Shown here: piece by piece, positions 1 through 10,410 of the stretch
How the letters are laid out: each line of letters begins with the position of its first letter
Numbering within the stretch: position 1 is the first letter of the stretch
Assembly (NCBI GenBank): GCA_963820825.1
Contig: CAWGBN010000006.1
Location: forward strand, 160,001 to 224,000
Direction of reading: 5' to 3'
From: Vulcanimicrobiota bacterium
GTDB taxonomy: Bacteria > Vulcanimicrobiota > Vulcanimicrobiia > Vulcanimicrobiales > Vulcanimicrobiaceae
Length of the DNA: 64,000 nt
The notes under the pieces: model-generated
What the model saw: only the letters and a program-made list of their open reading frames with translations
Told to the model about the DNA's origin: nothing
The model's database searches: none
Made by a program: the position numbers and the translations under genes

Positions 1-564
1 GTTCAGCGCGTCTTCGGTACGATCGAGGTCTTCGGCGAGCAGGCCGACGGCGTCTCGATGATCGACCTGCGCAAGATCCTTCAGCTTCCGCTGACGAAGC
101 TCAAAGTAATTCTCGCGCTGCTCAAAAAGTCGGGCTATATCGAGCACGTCGGAAAATCGGCCTACGGTCTGACCGAAGCCGTCCGCAAGCATCGCGACCT
201 CATACTGAATCTCGCCAACTACGAAACGAAGAAGTCGTACGATCAGAGCAAGCTCGCGATGATGCTGCAGTACGCCGAGACGACCGCCTGCCGGCGGCGC
301 TTCATCCTGAACTATTTCGGCGAGGATTTCAACGTCGTCAACTGCGGCGCGTGCGACAACTGCCTGCGCGCCCTGCGGCGCGGTGTGGATGCGCAAGCCG
401 CCACGGGCGGTTTCAAGATCGCCGACGTCGTCCACCATCCGAAGTTCGGCGTCGGAACGGTCGAACGCGCCGAGCGGGATCTGGTCACGGTCCTCTTCCC
501 GAGCGTCGGATACAAGACGCTCTTGGCCTCGGCCGTCAGGCATTCCGAAGCGCAAATTGCGTAG
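1..564 (+). CDS. RecQ-family DNA helicase, C-terminal part (5' truncated by window edge)
   Basis: Frame is open from base 1. RecQ Zn-binding motif CRRRFILNYFGE...NCGACDNC, followed by a short beta-rich C-terminal domain. Confidence 0.8.
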   Translation, partial: VQRVFGTIEVFGEQADGVSMIDLRKILQLPLTKLKVILALLKKSGYIEHVGKSAYGLTEAVRKHRDLILNLANYETKKSYDQSKLAMMLQYAETTACRRRFILNYFGEDFNVVNCGACDNCLRALRRGVDAQAATGGFKIADVVHHPKFGVGTVERAERDLVTVLFPSVGYKTLLASAVRHSEAQIA

Positions 565-2202
565 GAGCCTCTCGGCTCCGAGAGCCGCGTTCCTCATCGC
601 GGTTCTCGCCGCGATCGGCGCGGCGCCGCCGGAGACGCTCTCGCCTGCCCCTTCGTCCTCGCCGGCACCCGCCGCCACGTCCGGTGCTACGCCGGCTGCG
701 ATGCCCGGCGCTGCCGTTCCGACATCGGTTCCGTCACCCGCTGCGACGCAGCCGCCGATCGTCGTAACGCCCGACAACGCCACCGTTCCGGTCGGCCATT
801 CCTTCGATCTCGCGATCGGTTCGGCGATCAGTCCGCTTACCGCAACCGTCGCCGACCCGGCGATTGCCGGCGTCTACGTCGACCAGACCTCGCAGCGCGT
901 AACCGTCGTCGGCAAAGCCCCCGGAACGACGACCGTCACGATCGTCGACGTGCGCGGAATCCGTCGCGACGTGCCCGTGCGCGTGGCATTTTACGCGGGG
1001 GCGGTCGCCGACCGCATCACCCTGCGGTTGACCGGCGACCCCGCCGCGCCCGACTTCGTCCGGGAGCAGGTCGCACGAGCCGTCAGGAGCGCCGCACAAG
1101 CGCGACCCGACGCGCAAGTCGTTGTGACCTCCGACGACGTTCCCGTTCACCGCGCGCTCGAGCAGGACGACGTCGCCTCATTCGACGTTCCAGTGCTCAT
1201 TCAGGGAATCGGAGAGATCGAGGTCGACGGCTCGACCCACGTCGACGTGCAGAACGTGGCGGTTCCGAGAATCTCTCCCGACTCGCTGATGGTGAGCGAT
1301 TATCCCGAGCGGCTCACCGAGAACGGCACGCTCTTCACCGCAGATCTGCGCTACGAGCAGCCTTCGCGATTTCTCTACTTCCATTACAATCCGCCCGGCC
1401 AACCGAACCGGCGCATCGTCCTGCACGCCGCGAACCTTTCGCGCGAGCCTTCGATCGTGCAGTTCATCAGCGGCCGCGGCGGTCCGTCGTCCAACGAGAT
1501 GGAGGTCGGACATACCGCCACGAAACGCTTTCTCATCAACGTCGTGCAGAACCAGGGTCAGCTCTTGACGCTCGCGGGCAACAGCACGACCGATATCGTC
1601 ACGCAGGAACTCCCGCCCGGAAACGTCGTCTGCAACCTGCTCCAACTGCGCGTCTTGTCGGGCGGAAACGTTCATTTGACGCTCGTCGCGCAGAACGACG
1701 ACGGCACCGGCGACGAGGCCGCATCGGCCGGATTGCTCGAAAGCACGCACAAACACGCGCGCGGCATCTATCCGATCGCCGAGTTCCACTTTGCGACGCG
1801 CTGGCGCGTCGACGAGGAGTATCTCGAGCTGCTCGTCGGTCAGCTTCCGCTGCCGAACCATCTGCAAGGCCAGGCCCTGGCGGGCGATTACGGCGTGCTG
1901 CAATCGTTCGTCGTCAACGTCGAGAACCCGATGGGAAGCCCGCAAGCGATTGCGATCTACGAGAATCCCCGCGGCGGGCGCGCGACCGGAACCTATTTGA
2001 TCGACGGCGTCTTGGTGCAATCGCATCAGGTGCCGCCCTACTCGCGCTACAAAGTGCGGCAATACATCGTGCCGGCGCACGGTTTCGTGCGCGTCACGAT
2101 CGTGACGATGCCCGAGGCCGGCTCGAGCCTTCCGCTGCGTTTGGTATTCGCGCCGACGACGGCAGCGTCGCTCCCGGCGCCCCCGGCTCACCGATCTACT
2201 AG
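557..2202 (+). CDS. Secreted protein with Pro/Ala linker, Ig-like/pilus-assembly N-terminal-type domain and uncharacterised C-terminal domain; probable 1-bp frameshift near 2152
   Basis: TTG at 557 overlaps the recQ stop. Signal-like AAFLIAVLAAIGAA, then a PAPSSSPAPAAT linker. Restoring one base near 2152 gives ...FAPDDGSVAPGAPGSPIY* ending at TAG 2200-2202 instead of running 250 bp into the convergent gene. Confidence 0.7.
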
Positions 2203-3210
2203 CGCGTACGCCTGCTCGACGCTGCGCGCGCTGCTCTCCCACGAGAAGCGTTCGACGGCGGCCGCGCGGGCCTGCGCGGCACGCGCCTCGGACTCGCCGT
2301 CGAGTGCGCCGGCAAGCGCGGCGGCCCACCCCTCGACGTCGTCGGCATCGACGACGCCCGCATCGTCGCGCACGACCTCCGGCAACGAACTGCTCCGCGC
2401 GACGACGCACGGCAGGCCGGCAACGAGCGCCTGCGCCGCGGCATAGCCGAACCCTTCGTACTTCGAAGGGACCGCGGCAACCGCCGCGTGCGCGTAGAGC
2501 TCCAAGAGCCGCTCGCGCGGCACGTACCCCGGCATCTCGACGCGATCGTCGACGTGCAATCGCTGCGCGAGCGCTCGGCATTCACTCGCATACGGCGTCA
2601 ACGGACCGATCGCCACCAGCCGCGCCCCGTCGAGGCGGGGCATTGCGCGAACGAGCACCTCGAGATTCTTTCGCCGTTCGACCGTTCCGACCGCGAGGAT
2701 CGTTCGCTCGTCGCCGCGCTCGCGGGCGATCCGTGAAAAATCCGTTGCGACGCCGGGGTAGACGACGATGACGCGATCGGGCTGCAGCCGGGGATCGTAA
2801 CGAAGGAGTTCGTCGCGGGTGAAGTGCGAGTCGACGAGCACCCGCGCCGCCTGGCGATACCGCCGCAGCGAGAACGCACCGAAATAGTATCGCGCGTAGG
2901 CCGGAGCGTGCGACTGGGCCGACTGCCACGCGAGGTCGTGCACGGTCACTACGATCGGAAGCGAAGCCGTACACGGCATCGTTCCGGCCGCGCAATGCAG
3001 AACCGCCGCGCCGCTCGAACGCGCGCGCCGCGGCAGAACGATTTGATCCCAGAGAACGCGACGATCGAAGCGCCACGGATCGAGCGTCGGATCGCGCAGT
3101 TCGACGACGTCGAGCCCGCGCTTGCGCAGCGCGCCCGCCAAACCGCGAACGTACTCGCCGATTCCCGTCGCCGTGCCGACGGTCAGTTGCGCGTCGAGCG
3201 CAACCCTCAC
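2188..3210 (-). CDS. Glycosyltransferase family 4 (GT-B)
   Basis: VRVALDAQL...GIGEY start, VTVHDL, VGTVERRKN, PSKYEGFG motifs. GTG start overlaps the upstream TGA. Confidence 0.9.
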   Translation of the reverse strand: MRVALDAQLTVGTATGIGEYVRGLAGALRKRGLDVVELRDPTLDPWRFDRRVLWDQIVLPRRARSSGAAVLHCAAGTMPCTASLPIVVTVHDLAWQSAQSHAPAYARYYFGAFSLRRYRQAARVLVDSHFTRDELLRYDPRLQPDRVIVVYPGVATDFSRIARERGDERTILAVGTVERRKNLEVLVRAMPRLDGARLVAIGPLTPYASECRALAQRLHVDDRVEMPGYVPRERLLELYAHAAVAAVPSKYEGFGYAAAQALVAGLPCVVARSSSLPEVVRDDAGVVDADDVEGWAAALAGALDGESEARAAQARAAAVERFSWESSARSVEQAYALVDR

Positions 3211-4079
3211 CGCAGATCTCGCTCGAGCGCTCGCACCATCAACGCGTCCGGATCGAGAGCGCGCGCGCGAGCCAAGTAAACCATTGCACCGCGCCGGTCG
3301 CCCTCTTCCCACGCGATGACGCCGAGGCCCGCGACCGCGTCGGCGCTTCGCGGATCGATATCGGCGGCGTGTGCGAAGAGCAGTCTCGCGCGCCGGCGAT
3401 CGCCGAGCAAGTCGGCCTGATTCGCCGCTTCGACGACGTAGCGCTCCGAGAGCGGCGCGAGACCGACAGCGGCGTAGAAATCGTTCAGCGCGATCGCGAG
3501 CCAGCGGCGTTGGCGCGGACTGCCCGAAATCTCGCGCCAGGCTTGGCGATTCGCGAGGCGTCCCATCTGCCAATATGCCTCGGCGACGGCATCGGGATGC
3601 GTGCCGGCTCGCTCGAGACGAATCTCCAGCAGCCGCTCGAGCGCGTAGCCCGCGGCCGGGGCGCGCACCGCGAGCGCCTGCGCGTTTGCGCTGACGGCCG
3701 CCGGGTCGGGAGCGGCGAGAAAGTACTCGGCGGCGAGGAGCGACTGCCCGCGCGCGAGCGCGACCTGCGCCAAGAGCTCGTCGCGAACGGGCGATGCCGG
3801 GAGCCGTACCGCGTATCGTTGCGCGGCGTCTGCGTCGCCGCGCGCGAGCGCCTCACGCGCGAGGCTCGTCTCGACGTACGGTGCCGGCGCGACGCGGTCG
3901 AGCACGCGATAGACCGAGAGACCGAAGCGAACGGGGATGCTGCGTGGAAGGGTTCGCGGGGCCGCGGCAGTTGAGTTCAGCGCGTCCGATGCGACCTGGA
4001 CGGCGCCGAGGCCGACGACGAGTGCCGCCGTGACCGCAGCGATGACGAAGCGTACGAGCGCGTAGCGGCGACGCGGCAC
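3207..4079 (-). CDS. Membrane-anchored TPR-repeat protein
   Basis: N-terminal hydrophobic helix; TPR-like repeats (AEAYWQMG, ADAVAGLGVIAW...ARALDP). Confidence 0.7.
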   Translation of the reverse strand: MPRRRYALVRFVIAAVTAALVVGLGAVQVASDALNSTAAAPRTLPRSIPVRFGLSVYRVLDRVAPAPYVETSLAREALARGDADAAQRYAVRLPASPVRDELLAQVALARGQSLLAAEYFLAAPDPAAVSANAQALAVRAPAAGYALERLLEIRLERAGTHPDAVAEAYWQMGRLANRQAWREISGSPRQRRWLAIALNDFYAAVGLAPLSERYVVEAANQADLLGDRRRARLLFAHAADIDPRSADAVAGLGVIAWEEGDRRGAMVYLARARALDPDALMVRALERDLR

Positions 4080-4080
4080 G

Positions 4081-5193
4081 CTAGAACTTGACGGTAAAGT
4101 TCACGTCCTCGCGCGTCTGAGTGGTACCGTTGAGCGAGAGATTATCCTGGAATCGGTCTTGGTAGGCGCCGATCGAGAGTGAGCTCGAGATCTGCGGAAT
4201 GTTAAGCGTCAGCTTTCCGCCGTAGGTGTTGTTGATCGTGTCGAGATTCACCAATCCCGGCAAGCCGTATCCGCCGTAGAGATGCTGCGCGTCGTAGTTG
4301 AGGTTCAACGTCAGTCCGCGGACCACGGGGACCGAGAGTCCCGCGCCGAGCGAGAGACGATTCAAGTTGGCGTAGCTCGGGACGAGCAGCGGCGCGCCGC
4401 CGGCCCCCGGCAGTTGCCACGACGATGCCGAATCGAGCGGTGAAACGGTAAAGCCCGAGGCATCGTTGCGGCCGACGTGCTCGTATTCGCTCGAGAGATT
4501 GACGTCGAGGCTGCGCTTGCCGGCGCGCAGGTCGAAGTTCGCTCCCGCACCGGCCGAGGTATCGCCGAGCGAAAGCTGTGGCGTCTGCGTCGTCGAGCCT
4601 TGGGCTTGCCCATCGAACTTCACGGTGCCGATCTGCGCCGACGACGTCAGAAAATCGGGGGCACGCATCTCGGGCGGCGCGAAGGCCAAGGTTCCGGGAT
4701 CGGGCGATACCGCCGGTTGGGTCGGCGCTTGATAGGCCGCGGTGAAGCGCGCGGCCGGCGTGGTGAGATCGTCGCCCGCCTGCGCGAGCGCCGGCGGCGA
4801 GAAGCGCACGATGCTGGTGCTCGTGGCAAATGCGACGGCCGCGGCGACGTCGGAGACTTCGGCGGGTGAAAGGTCGCTCAAGGCGAGATGGTCTTGCGCG
4901 AAGGCCACCCCGTCGGTCCCGCTAAAGCCGGGCTTTGCGCCGGCCGGGGGCACGCGCAGAGCGAGCTCGCGCAGGGGCGATTCGCTGCTGAGGTCGCCGT
5001 GGGCGGCCGCAAAAGAGGCGCTCGAATCGGTCGTCTCGCCGAAGAGCCGGAGCATGAGCTGCGACGCAAGATCGAAGCGGCCGCTCACGGGCAGAAGACC
5101 AGACGCGGCCGCAATGGCAGGACAGAGCGCCGCTATTAGCGCTGACGTTGCCACGACGCCGACGACCCGACGCACTTGCCCTCCGCTCTTCAA
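4081..5193 (-). CDS. Hypothetical secreted, probable outer-membrane beta-barrel protein
   Basis: Signal peptide (SALIAALCPAIAAA). C-terminal half has alternating beta-strands and ends ...VNFTVKF, a terminal Phe beta-signal. Start may be a few codons downstream. Confidence 0.6.
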   Translation of the reverse strand: MKSGGQVRRVVGVVATSALIAALCPAIAAASGLLPVSGRFDLASQLMLRLFGETTDSSASFAAAHGDLSSESPLRELALRVPPAGAKPGFSGTDGVAFAQDHLALSDLSPAEVSDVAAAVAFATSTSIVRFSPPALAQAGDDLTTPAARFTAAYQAPTQPAVSPDPGTLAFAPPEMRAPDFLTSSAQIGTVKFDGQAQGSTTQTPQLSLGDTSAGAGANFDLRAGKRSLDVNLSSEYEHVGRNDASGFTVSPLDSASSWQLPGAGGAPLLVPSYANLNRLSLGAGLSVPVVRGLTLNLNYDAQHLYGGYGLPGLVNLDTINNTYGGKLTLNIPQISSSLSIGAYQDRFQDNLSLNGTTQTREDVNFTVKF

Positions 5194-5244
5194 AGCTGTA
5201 ATCCGCGAATGAGGCGATGCCGTGAACGCGCCCGCGGGGATTAG

Positions 5245-5667
5245 CTATCTTGGAGATCGAGCCGCCGCTCCCCTTGCGAGAAAGCGTCGCGCAATCAAGA
5301 CGGCGGCATAATCGTCGATCGGTCGCGGCGGCAGCTGCAAGCCGAGCGGCACGAGCCGGCGCCACCCCCGGGGCGGATGGTCGGCGAAGTAGAGGCCGCG
5401 GGCCTCGCGGCTGGTCTCGTACTCGTCGACGAGATGAACCGGCAGGCCGAGCGCCTCGAGCCCGGCCTTCACGGGGCGGGAGTTGGTCCCACGGCCCAGC
5501 GCGATCGCCGCGATATTGCGGCCGCGAGCGAGCTCGCGAAGGCGCTCGGGCAGTCGCTCGGTCGGCTCTATCCCCGCCTCCAAGACGGCCCCCGACGCAT
5601 CGAGCAGCGCGTAGCCGGCCTTGCTTCGTCCCGGATCGACGCCGATCACCGCCGGCGCCTCGTTCAT
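5245..5667 (-). CDS. YqgF/RuvX family RNase H-fold nuclease
   Basis: VIGVDPGRSKAG, LVDEYETSREAR and IDDYAAVLIARRFL motifs. Confidence 0.85.
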   Translation of the reverse strand: MNEAPAVIGVDPGRSKAGYALLDASGAVLEAGIEPTERLPERLRELARGRNIAAIALGRGTNSRPVKAGLEALGLPVHLVDEYETSREARGLYFADHPPRGWRRLVPLGLQLPPRPIDDYAAVLIARRFLARGAAARSPR

Positions 5668-6605
5668 GGCTGCTGCGTCAGGACGATCACGACCGGTATC
5701 CCACCGACGTGCGGATAGTAATCCTCGCCGGCAAAGGCGGTCAGCAAGTACGTGCCGGGGCGCGCGATGCGCTCCTGCATCTGCTGCACGTCCGGAATCA
5801 ACTGCAGCGGTTGGAAGATGTCCGATAAGAACGGCGGCAAGTGGAGCCGCCGCGCGTTGATCGAGACGTAGTTCTGCAGCTGACTGATCGCGATGTTGAT
5901 GCTCGCTCCGCTCTTGCCCGGAATCACGAGTTGGGCGATGACCTGACCCTTGCGGAAGTAGCGGATATCCGGCGTGACGTTGATGGCAAAGTGAATCTGG
6001 TCGTTTTCAAAGAGATTCTGGTCGGAGGTTACGGTCAGCATGACGTTCGCCTGCGAGAGTGAGGCGGCCGTCGTCAAATCGTTCGCAAGACCGCTCAGCT
6101 TGCGATCCGCATCGGGCGGTATCGCGTAGGGCTTGAGCCCGAGGCGCGGGTAGGTCGCGTTGACGTACTTAACGGCAAAGAAATAGTAATCCCGGATCGT
6201 CTTGAGACGCTGCGAGGCGGAGGCCGTCTGCGAAATGATCCGGTAGAACGGCACCATCAGCGTATCGACGGGAAGTACGAGCCGGCCGTTGTTGACCTTC
6301 GCTTCGAGATCGCGCTGGCGCGCCTGCAGCTCGGTAATCTGCTGGTTGATCGAGTTGAGCTTGAAGAACGCCGTCTTCACCTCTTGCGAGGCAAAGATCG
6401 CCGTAAGCGAAACGACGAGCGCGATGATCACCCCGGTCGCGATCGCGACGATCGTCGACGTGTAGCGCGGCCGAATCCCGAAGAGGCTCAAGCGCCGGCG
6501 CCCGACCTGATGACCGACCCGGTCGCCGACGTAGGCGACCGCGCCGGCAAGCGCCATGACGGCTAACAGGTTTCCGATGCCGCGGACGATCTCGACGAAG
6601 TTCAT
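5664..6605 (-). CDS. DUF3084 domain-containing membrane protein
   Basis: AYVGDRVGHQVGRRRLSLFGIRPRYTS signature, two TM helices, then a coiled coil. ATG 6605 overlaps the lptF/G stop. Confidence 0.85.
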   Translation of the reverse strand: MNFVEIVRGIGNLLAVMALAGAVAYVGDRVGHQVGRRRLSLFGIRPRYTSTIVAIATGVIIALVVSLTAIFASQEVKTAFFKLNSINQQITELQARQRDLEAKVNNGRLVLPVDTLMVPFYRIISQTASASQRLKTIRDYYFFAVKYVNATYPRLGLKPYAIPPDADRKLSGLANDLTTAASLSQANVMLTVTSDQNLFENDQIHFAINVTPDIRYFRKGQVIAQLVIPGKSGASINIAISQLQNYVSINARRLHLPPFLSDIFQPLQLIPDVQQMQERIARPGTYLLTAFAGEDYYPHVGGIPVVIVLTQQP

Positions 6606-7705
6606 ACCAGTGCCGCGCGCCGCAGCCGGATCAGCCCGATCGCCGTAAAGAGGATATTCGGAACCCACGCCCAGAGCGCCGCGAGCGCGAGCATCGCCTC
6701 GGCGGCAAACGAGCAGGCCGTCATTACGACGTAGTAGACGAAGACGATCGCCAGCGAGACGCCGAAGCCGACGCTGGTGCTTCCGCTCGACCGAATCGAG
6801 CGCAGCCCGAACGGAATTGCGATGAGCATGAAGACGAAGCACGCGAACGGGCGCGCGAGCTTCTCTTGATAGGTGGCTACGTACTTGCGGTGCTCGGTCT
6901 CGGTCAGCTGACCCGAACGCACGACGTCCGCGATCTGGGACCGGCTCATGTTCTCCGGATCGTCGTTGCTCATGCGCTTGGTGAGGTCCGTTGGCCTCTC
7001 GCCGATTTCAACCTCCTGCTGCGGCACGCCGGGCTCGGAGAGCGTCGTTCCGTCGGGATTGAAGCGATAGACGCTCGAGTTCTCGAGTGTCCACTTATCG
7101 GCCGTGAACTCAGCGCGGTCGGCGAAGATGATCTGCCGGGGAGAGTTATGATTGTCGTATTGGATCAGCGTGACGTGCAGCAGCGCGCGCGAGTCCGGCT
7201 CGTAGGCCGTCGCAATCGTCACCTGCCTCCCCCCTCCCGGTAGCGGCGCCGAGACCGTGAGATCCCGATTGAACGCGCTGACGTGGTTGATCACCGCGTT
7301 CTCGATTTCGATCAACTGGTCGTTGGCATAGGGCACCACACGCTCTTGCAGCACGTACGTAACGACCGACATCACGATACCCACCGCGAGCAGCGGCGTG
7401 ACGATCCGCACGAAGGTTACCCCGGCAGCCTTTAGTGCCGTGATCTCGCTCTCGCCCGACAGGCGTTGCACCGCAAGCAGCGTTCCGAGCAGCAAGGCCA
7501 TCGGAATGACCAGCACGACGTCGGCCGGAAGCGACCAGCAGAAAACGAGCAGCGCCGCCCAGAGCGGCGCGTGCTCGTTGCTCACGAGCCTGCCGATATT
7601 CAAAATTTCCGTCGCCGCGAAGATCAGCGTAAACGCGGCCACGCCAAAAAGAAACGGCCCCGAAAGCTCGCTGAGCATATACCGATCGAGGATGGTAAAT
7701 CTCAT
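6602..7705 (-). CDS. LptF/LptG family LPS export permease
   Basis: ILDRYMLSEL, RLSGESEITALKAAGV and KLARPFACFVF motifs; six-TM layout. Confidence 0.93.
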   Translation of the reverse strand: MRFTILDRYMLSELSGPFLFGVAAFTLIFAATEILNIGRLVSNEHAPLWAALLVFCWSLPADVVLVIPMALLLGTLLAVQRLSGESEITALKAAGVTFVRIVTPLLAVGIVMSVVTYVLQERVVPYANDQLIEIENAVINHVSAFNRDLTVSAPLPGGGRQVTIATAYEPDSRALLHVTLIQYDNHNSPRQIIFADRAEFTADKWTLENSSVYRFNPDGTTLSEPGVPQQEVEIGERPTDLTKRMSNDDPENMSRSQIADVVRSGQLTETEHRKYVATYQEKLARPFACFVFMLIAIPFGLRSIRSSGSTSVGFGVSLAIVFVYYVVMTACSFAAEAMLALAALWAWVPNILFTAIGLIRLRRAALV

Positions 7706-7717
7706 GGTGACTTGCGC

Positions 7718-7902
7718 GCTCGAACCCTAATGATGGGCGTGCCGCGCGTGCGCCGTCGGACCGCTCGTCGCTCCGCCTCCATGCTCCGCTCCTGCTGCAC
7801 CGCGCTCGCGCCACCTGTCAAGGAAGATTCTTGACATCCTGTCAATGGCGCTCGCGTCGGAGCTCCTCCTTTGCACGTGCGGCACGCCCATCGCGTTCGA
7901 GC
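7718..7902 (-). repeat. Structured intergenic element, copy 1 (lptB to lptF/G)
   Basis: 20-bp terminal inverted repeat (7732-7751 / 7873-7892, 1 mismatch) plus an outer gctcgaac/gttcgagc pair. Core blocks 7788-7812 and 7846-7862 are identical to copy 2. Confidence 0.85.
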
Positions 7903-7910
7903 AGGCGCGT

Positions 7911-8650
<740 letters not shown>

Positions 8651-8654
<4 letters not shown>

Positions 8655-9196
8655 TGCATCCGCATGTGAGTGAGTGAGATATCCGAGTCAAAGCTCGAAC
8701 CGGTCGCTCGGAAACCCTTCGGGTCGGTGACCACGACGTCGCCGGTTCCGTGCAGCATCCCGGTAGCTCGATCGTAAACGAGCTGCGTGCACTCCAACGT
8801 CATCCCCGACGACGTGCGAGCGTGAACGCCATTACGCAGCGTCACGGTCTTCGCCGCCTGATCGACGACCGCTTGGGGCGCGGTCGCGGCGATCGTGGCT
8901 CCGATACGGTGGAAGGTCACGCGCGCGTCTTGGAAGACCGCGAGCGCGCCTCCCTGAGGGCCCTTGCTCTCGTACGAGCTTGCCAGCAGATCGTAGTCGA
9001 CCCGGTTGTGGACTTGCTGAATGAGGTGCACGGGGCGGTGTGCCGTCCCCCGGCCCCTGATATCCAGCACCAGCGGGGTCGCCGTAGCGCGCGCCTTGGG
9101 TGCGGCCGACGGAGAGGGAGTCGCCTTGGGGGCTTGGGGATTGCATCCGGCACCCGCCACAAAGGCGATCGCCGCGACGACGCCGCGGTAGCGCAC
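8651..9196 (-). CDS. lptC: LPS export periplasmic protein, LptC-like (beta-jellyroll, possible lipoprotein)
   Basis: GTG at 9196; hydrophobic stretch ending in GAGC; jellyroll-like strands (LECTQLVYD...LHGTGDVVV); directly upstream of lptB. Confidence 0.75.
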
Positions 9197-9198
9197 GA

Positions 9199-10410
9199 TT
9201 ATCGCTCGATCGTCGGGCTCGGCTCGCCGCCGCGCGCGGCGGCGAGTGCGAGGCTCATGATCGGCATCCACAATCCGAAAATCACCACGGTCACGGTATC
9301 GATGAAGCCTTGCACGGCGACGCCGACCAGTCCCGCCGTAACGCTCAGCGCCAGGAGCGCCTGCGCGGGCGCAGCGACGGCGACGCGGCGCCGCAACTCC
9401 ACGGCGAACCGCCAGAGGGTCCATGCAACCGTAACCAGACCTACGAGCCCGAACTCGACGAAGAACGTCAAGTAGAGGCTATGCGCGTGGAATGCGGTCG
9501 CATCGCCGTCGGGCGCGCGCGCGAGCGCGTAGAGCCGCGAGAAGTTGAACGGCCCGACGCCGGTGAGCGGAAAGCGGTTTGCGATCTGGAGCGCGGCCTG
9601 CCAGATCGACAACCGCGTGTAGTCCTCGCTCGGATCGTGGTGCGCGTTGAAGAGGAGCAATACCGCAACGATTCCACCGGCCGCCACGACGGCCGCACCA
9701 CCGGCCGCACGCCGGCCGCGTGCCGCGAGCAAAAAGGCGACCGCCGCGGCGAATCCCATCCAGCCCGCACGCGAGTACGTGAGCCCCAGTGCGACGAGTC
9801 CGAGGACGAGCGTCGTCCAACCCAAGACTCGCAGAGCGCGACTCTCTCCCGCGTAGCCCAGCGCAAACGCAATCGGCAGCAGCACGATCAGATATCCGGC
9901 CAGCTCGCCGGGCAGGACGAAGGTCCCGGTAGCGCGGCCGTGCGCGATGGCATACTGCGCGGCCGGAAACCGCGTCGCGACCATCGCAATCGCCGCAGCC
10001 GATGCAATCGCGCCGGAAAGAAGAAAGCACCAATAGATCGTTACGGCGGCGTATCGATCCGTATAGAAACGCATCACCGAGGCTTGCCAAATGATCCCCA
10101 TTCCGCCGATTCCCGTAAAGAGCGTACCGGCAATCGGATCGAAGCCGGCGATACCGGCCACGACTCCGGCGCCGAAGACCGCCGCGAGCGGAAGCAGCAG
10201 CGGCTGCGAGCCGCGCTCGGGGTATCGTACGAGCATCGCGATCGCGTAGACGGCGAGCAGCGCGCAGAACGCGAGCACGATCGGCGTTACCGCGCGCGGA
10301 AGCAGCACGATGCCCGGAAAACCGACGGCGGTGAGGGCGATGAAACTCGGAAAGAGCGGTACGATCGCAAAGATCGCTCCGAGCGCCGCAGGCATCAAAC
10401 GCCGCATCAT
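9199..10410 (-). CDS. O-antigen ligase family protein
   Basis: Multi-TM; RATGTF, LTYSRAGW, RLSIWQAAL...PLTGVGPFNF and HAHSLYL motifs. Confidence 0.9.
   Translation of the reverse strand: MMRRLMPAALGAIFAIVPLFPSFIALTAVGFPGIVLLPRAVTPIVLAFCALLAVYAIAMLVRYPERGSQPLLLPLAAVFGAGVVAGIAGFDPIAGTLFTGIGGMGIIWQASVMRFYTDRYAAVTIYWCFLLSGAIASAAAIAMVATRFPAAQYAIAHGRATGTFVLPGELAGYLIVLLPIAFALGYAGESRALRVLGWTTLVLGLVALGLTYSRAGWMGFAAAVAFLLAARGRRAAGGAAVVAAGGIVAVLLLFNAHHDPSEDYTRLSIWQAALQIANRFPLTGVGPFNFSRLYALARAPDGDATAFHAHSLYLTFFVEFGLVGLVTVAWTLWRFAVELRRRVAVAAPAQALLALSVTAGLVGVAVQGFIDTVTVVIFGLWMPIMSLALAAARGGEPSPTIER

Noticed and set aside
7718..7902. Repeat element as a hammerhead ribozyme, CRISPR repeat or autonomous IS
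   Set aside because: No CUGAnGA/GAAA core, no spacer array or cas genes, no transposase, and no clear target-site duplication seen.
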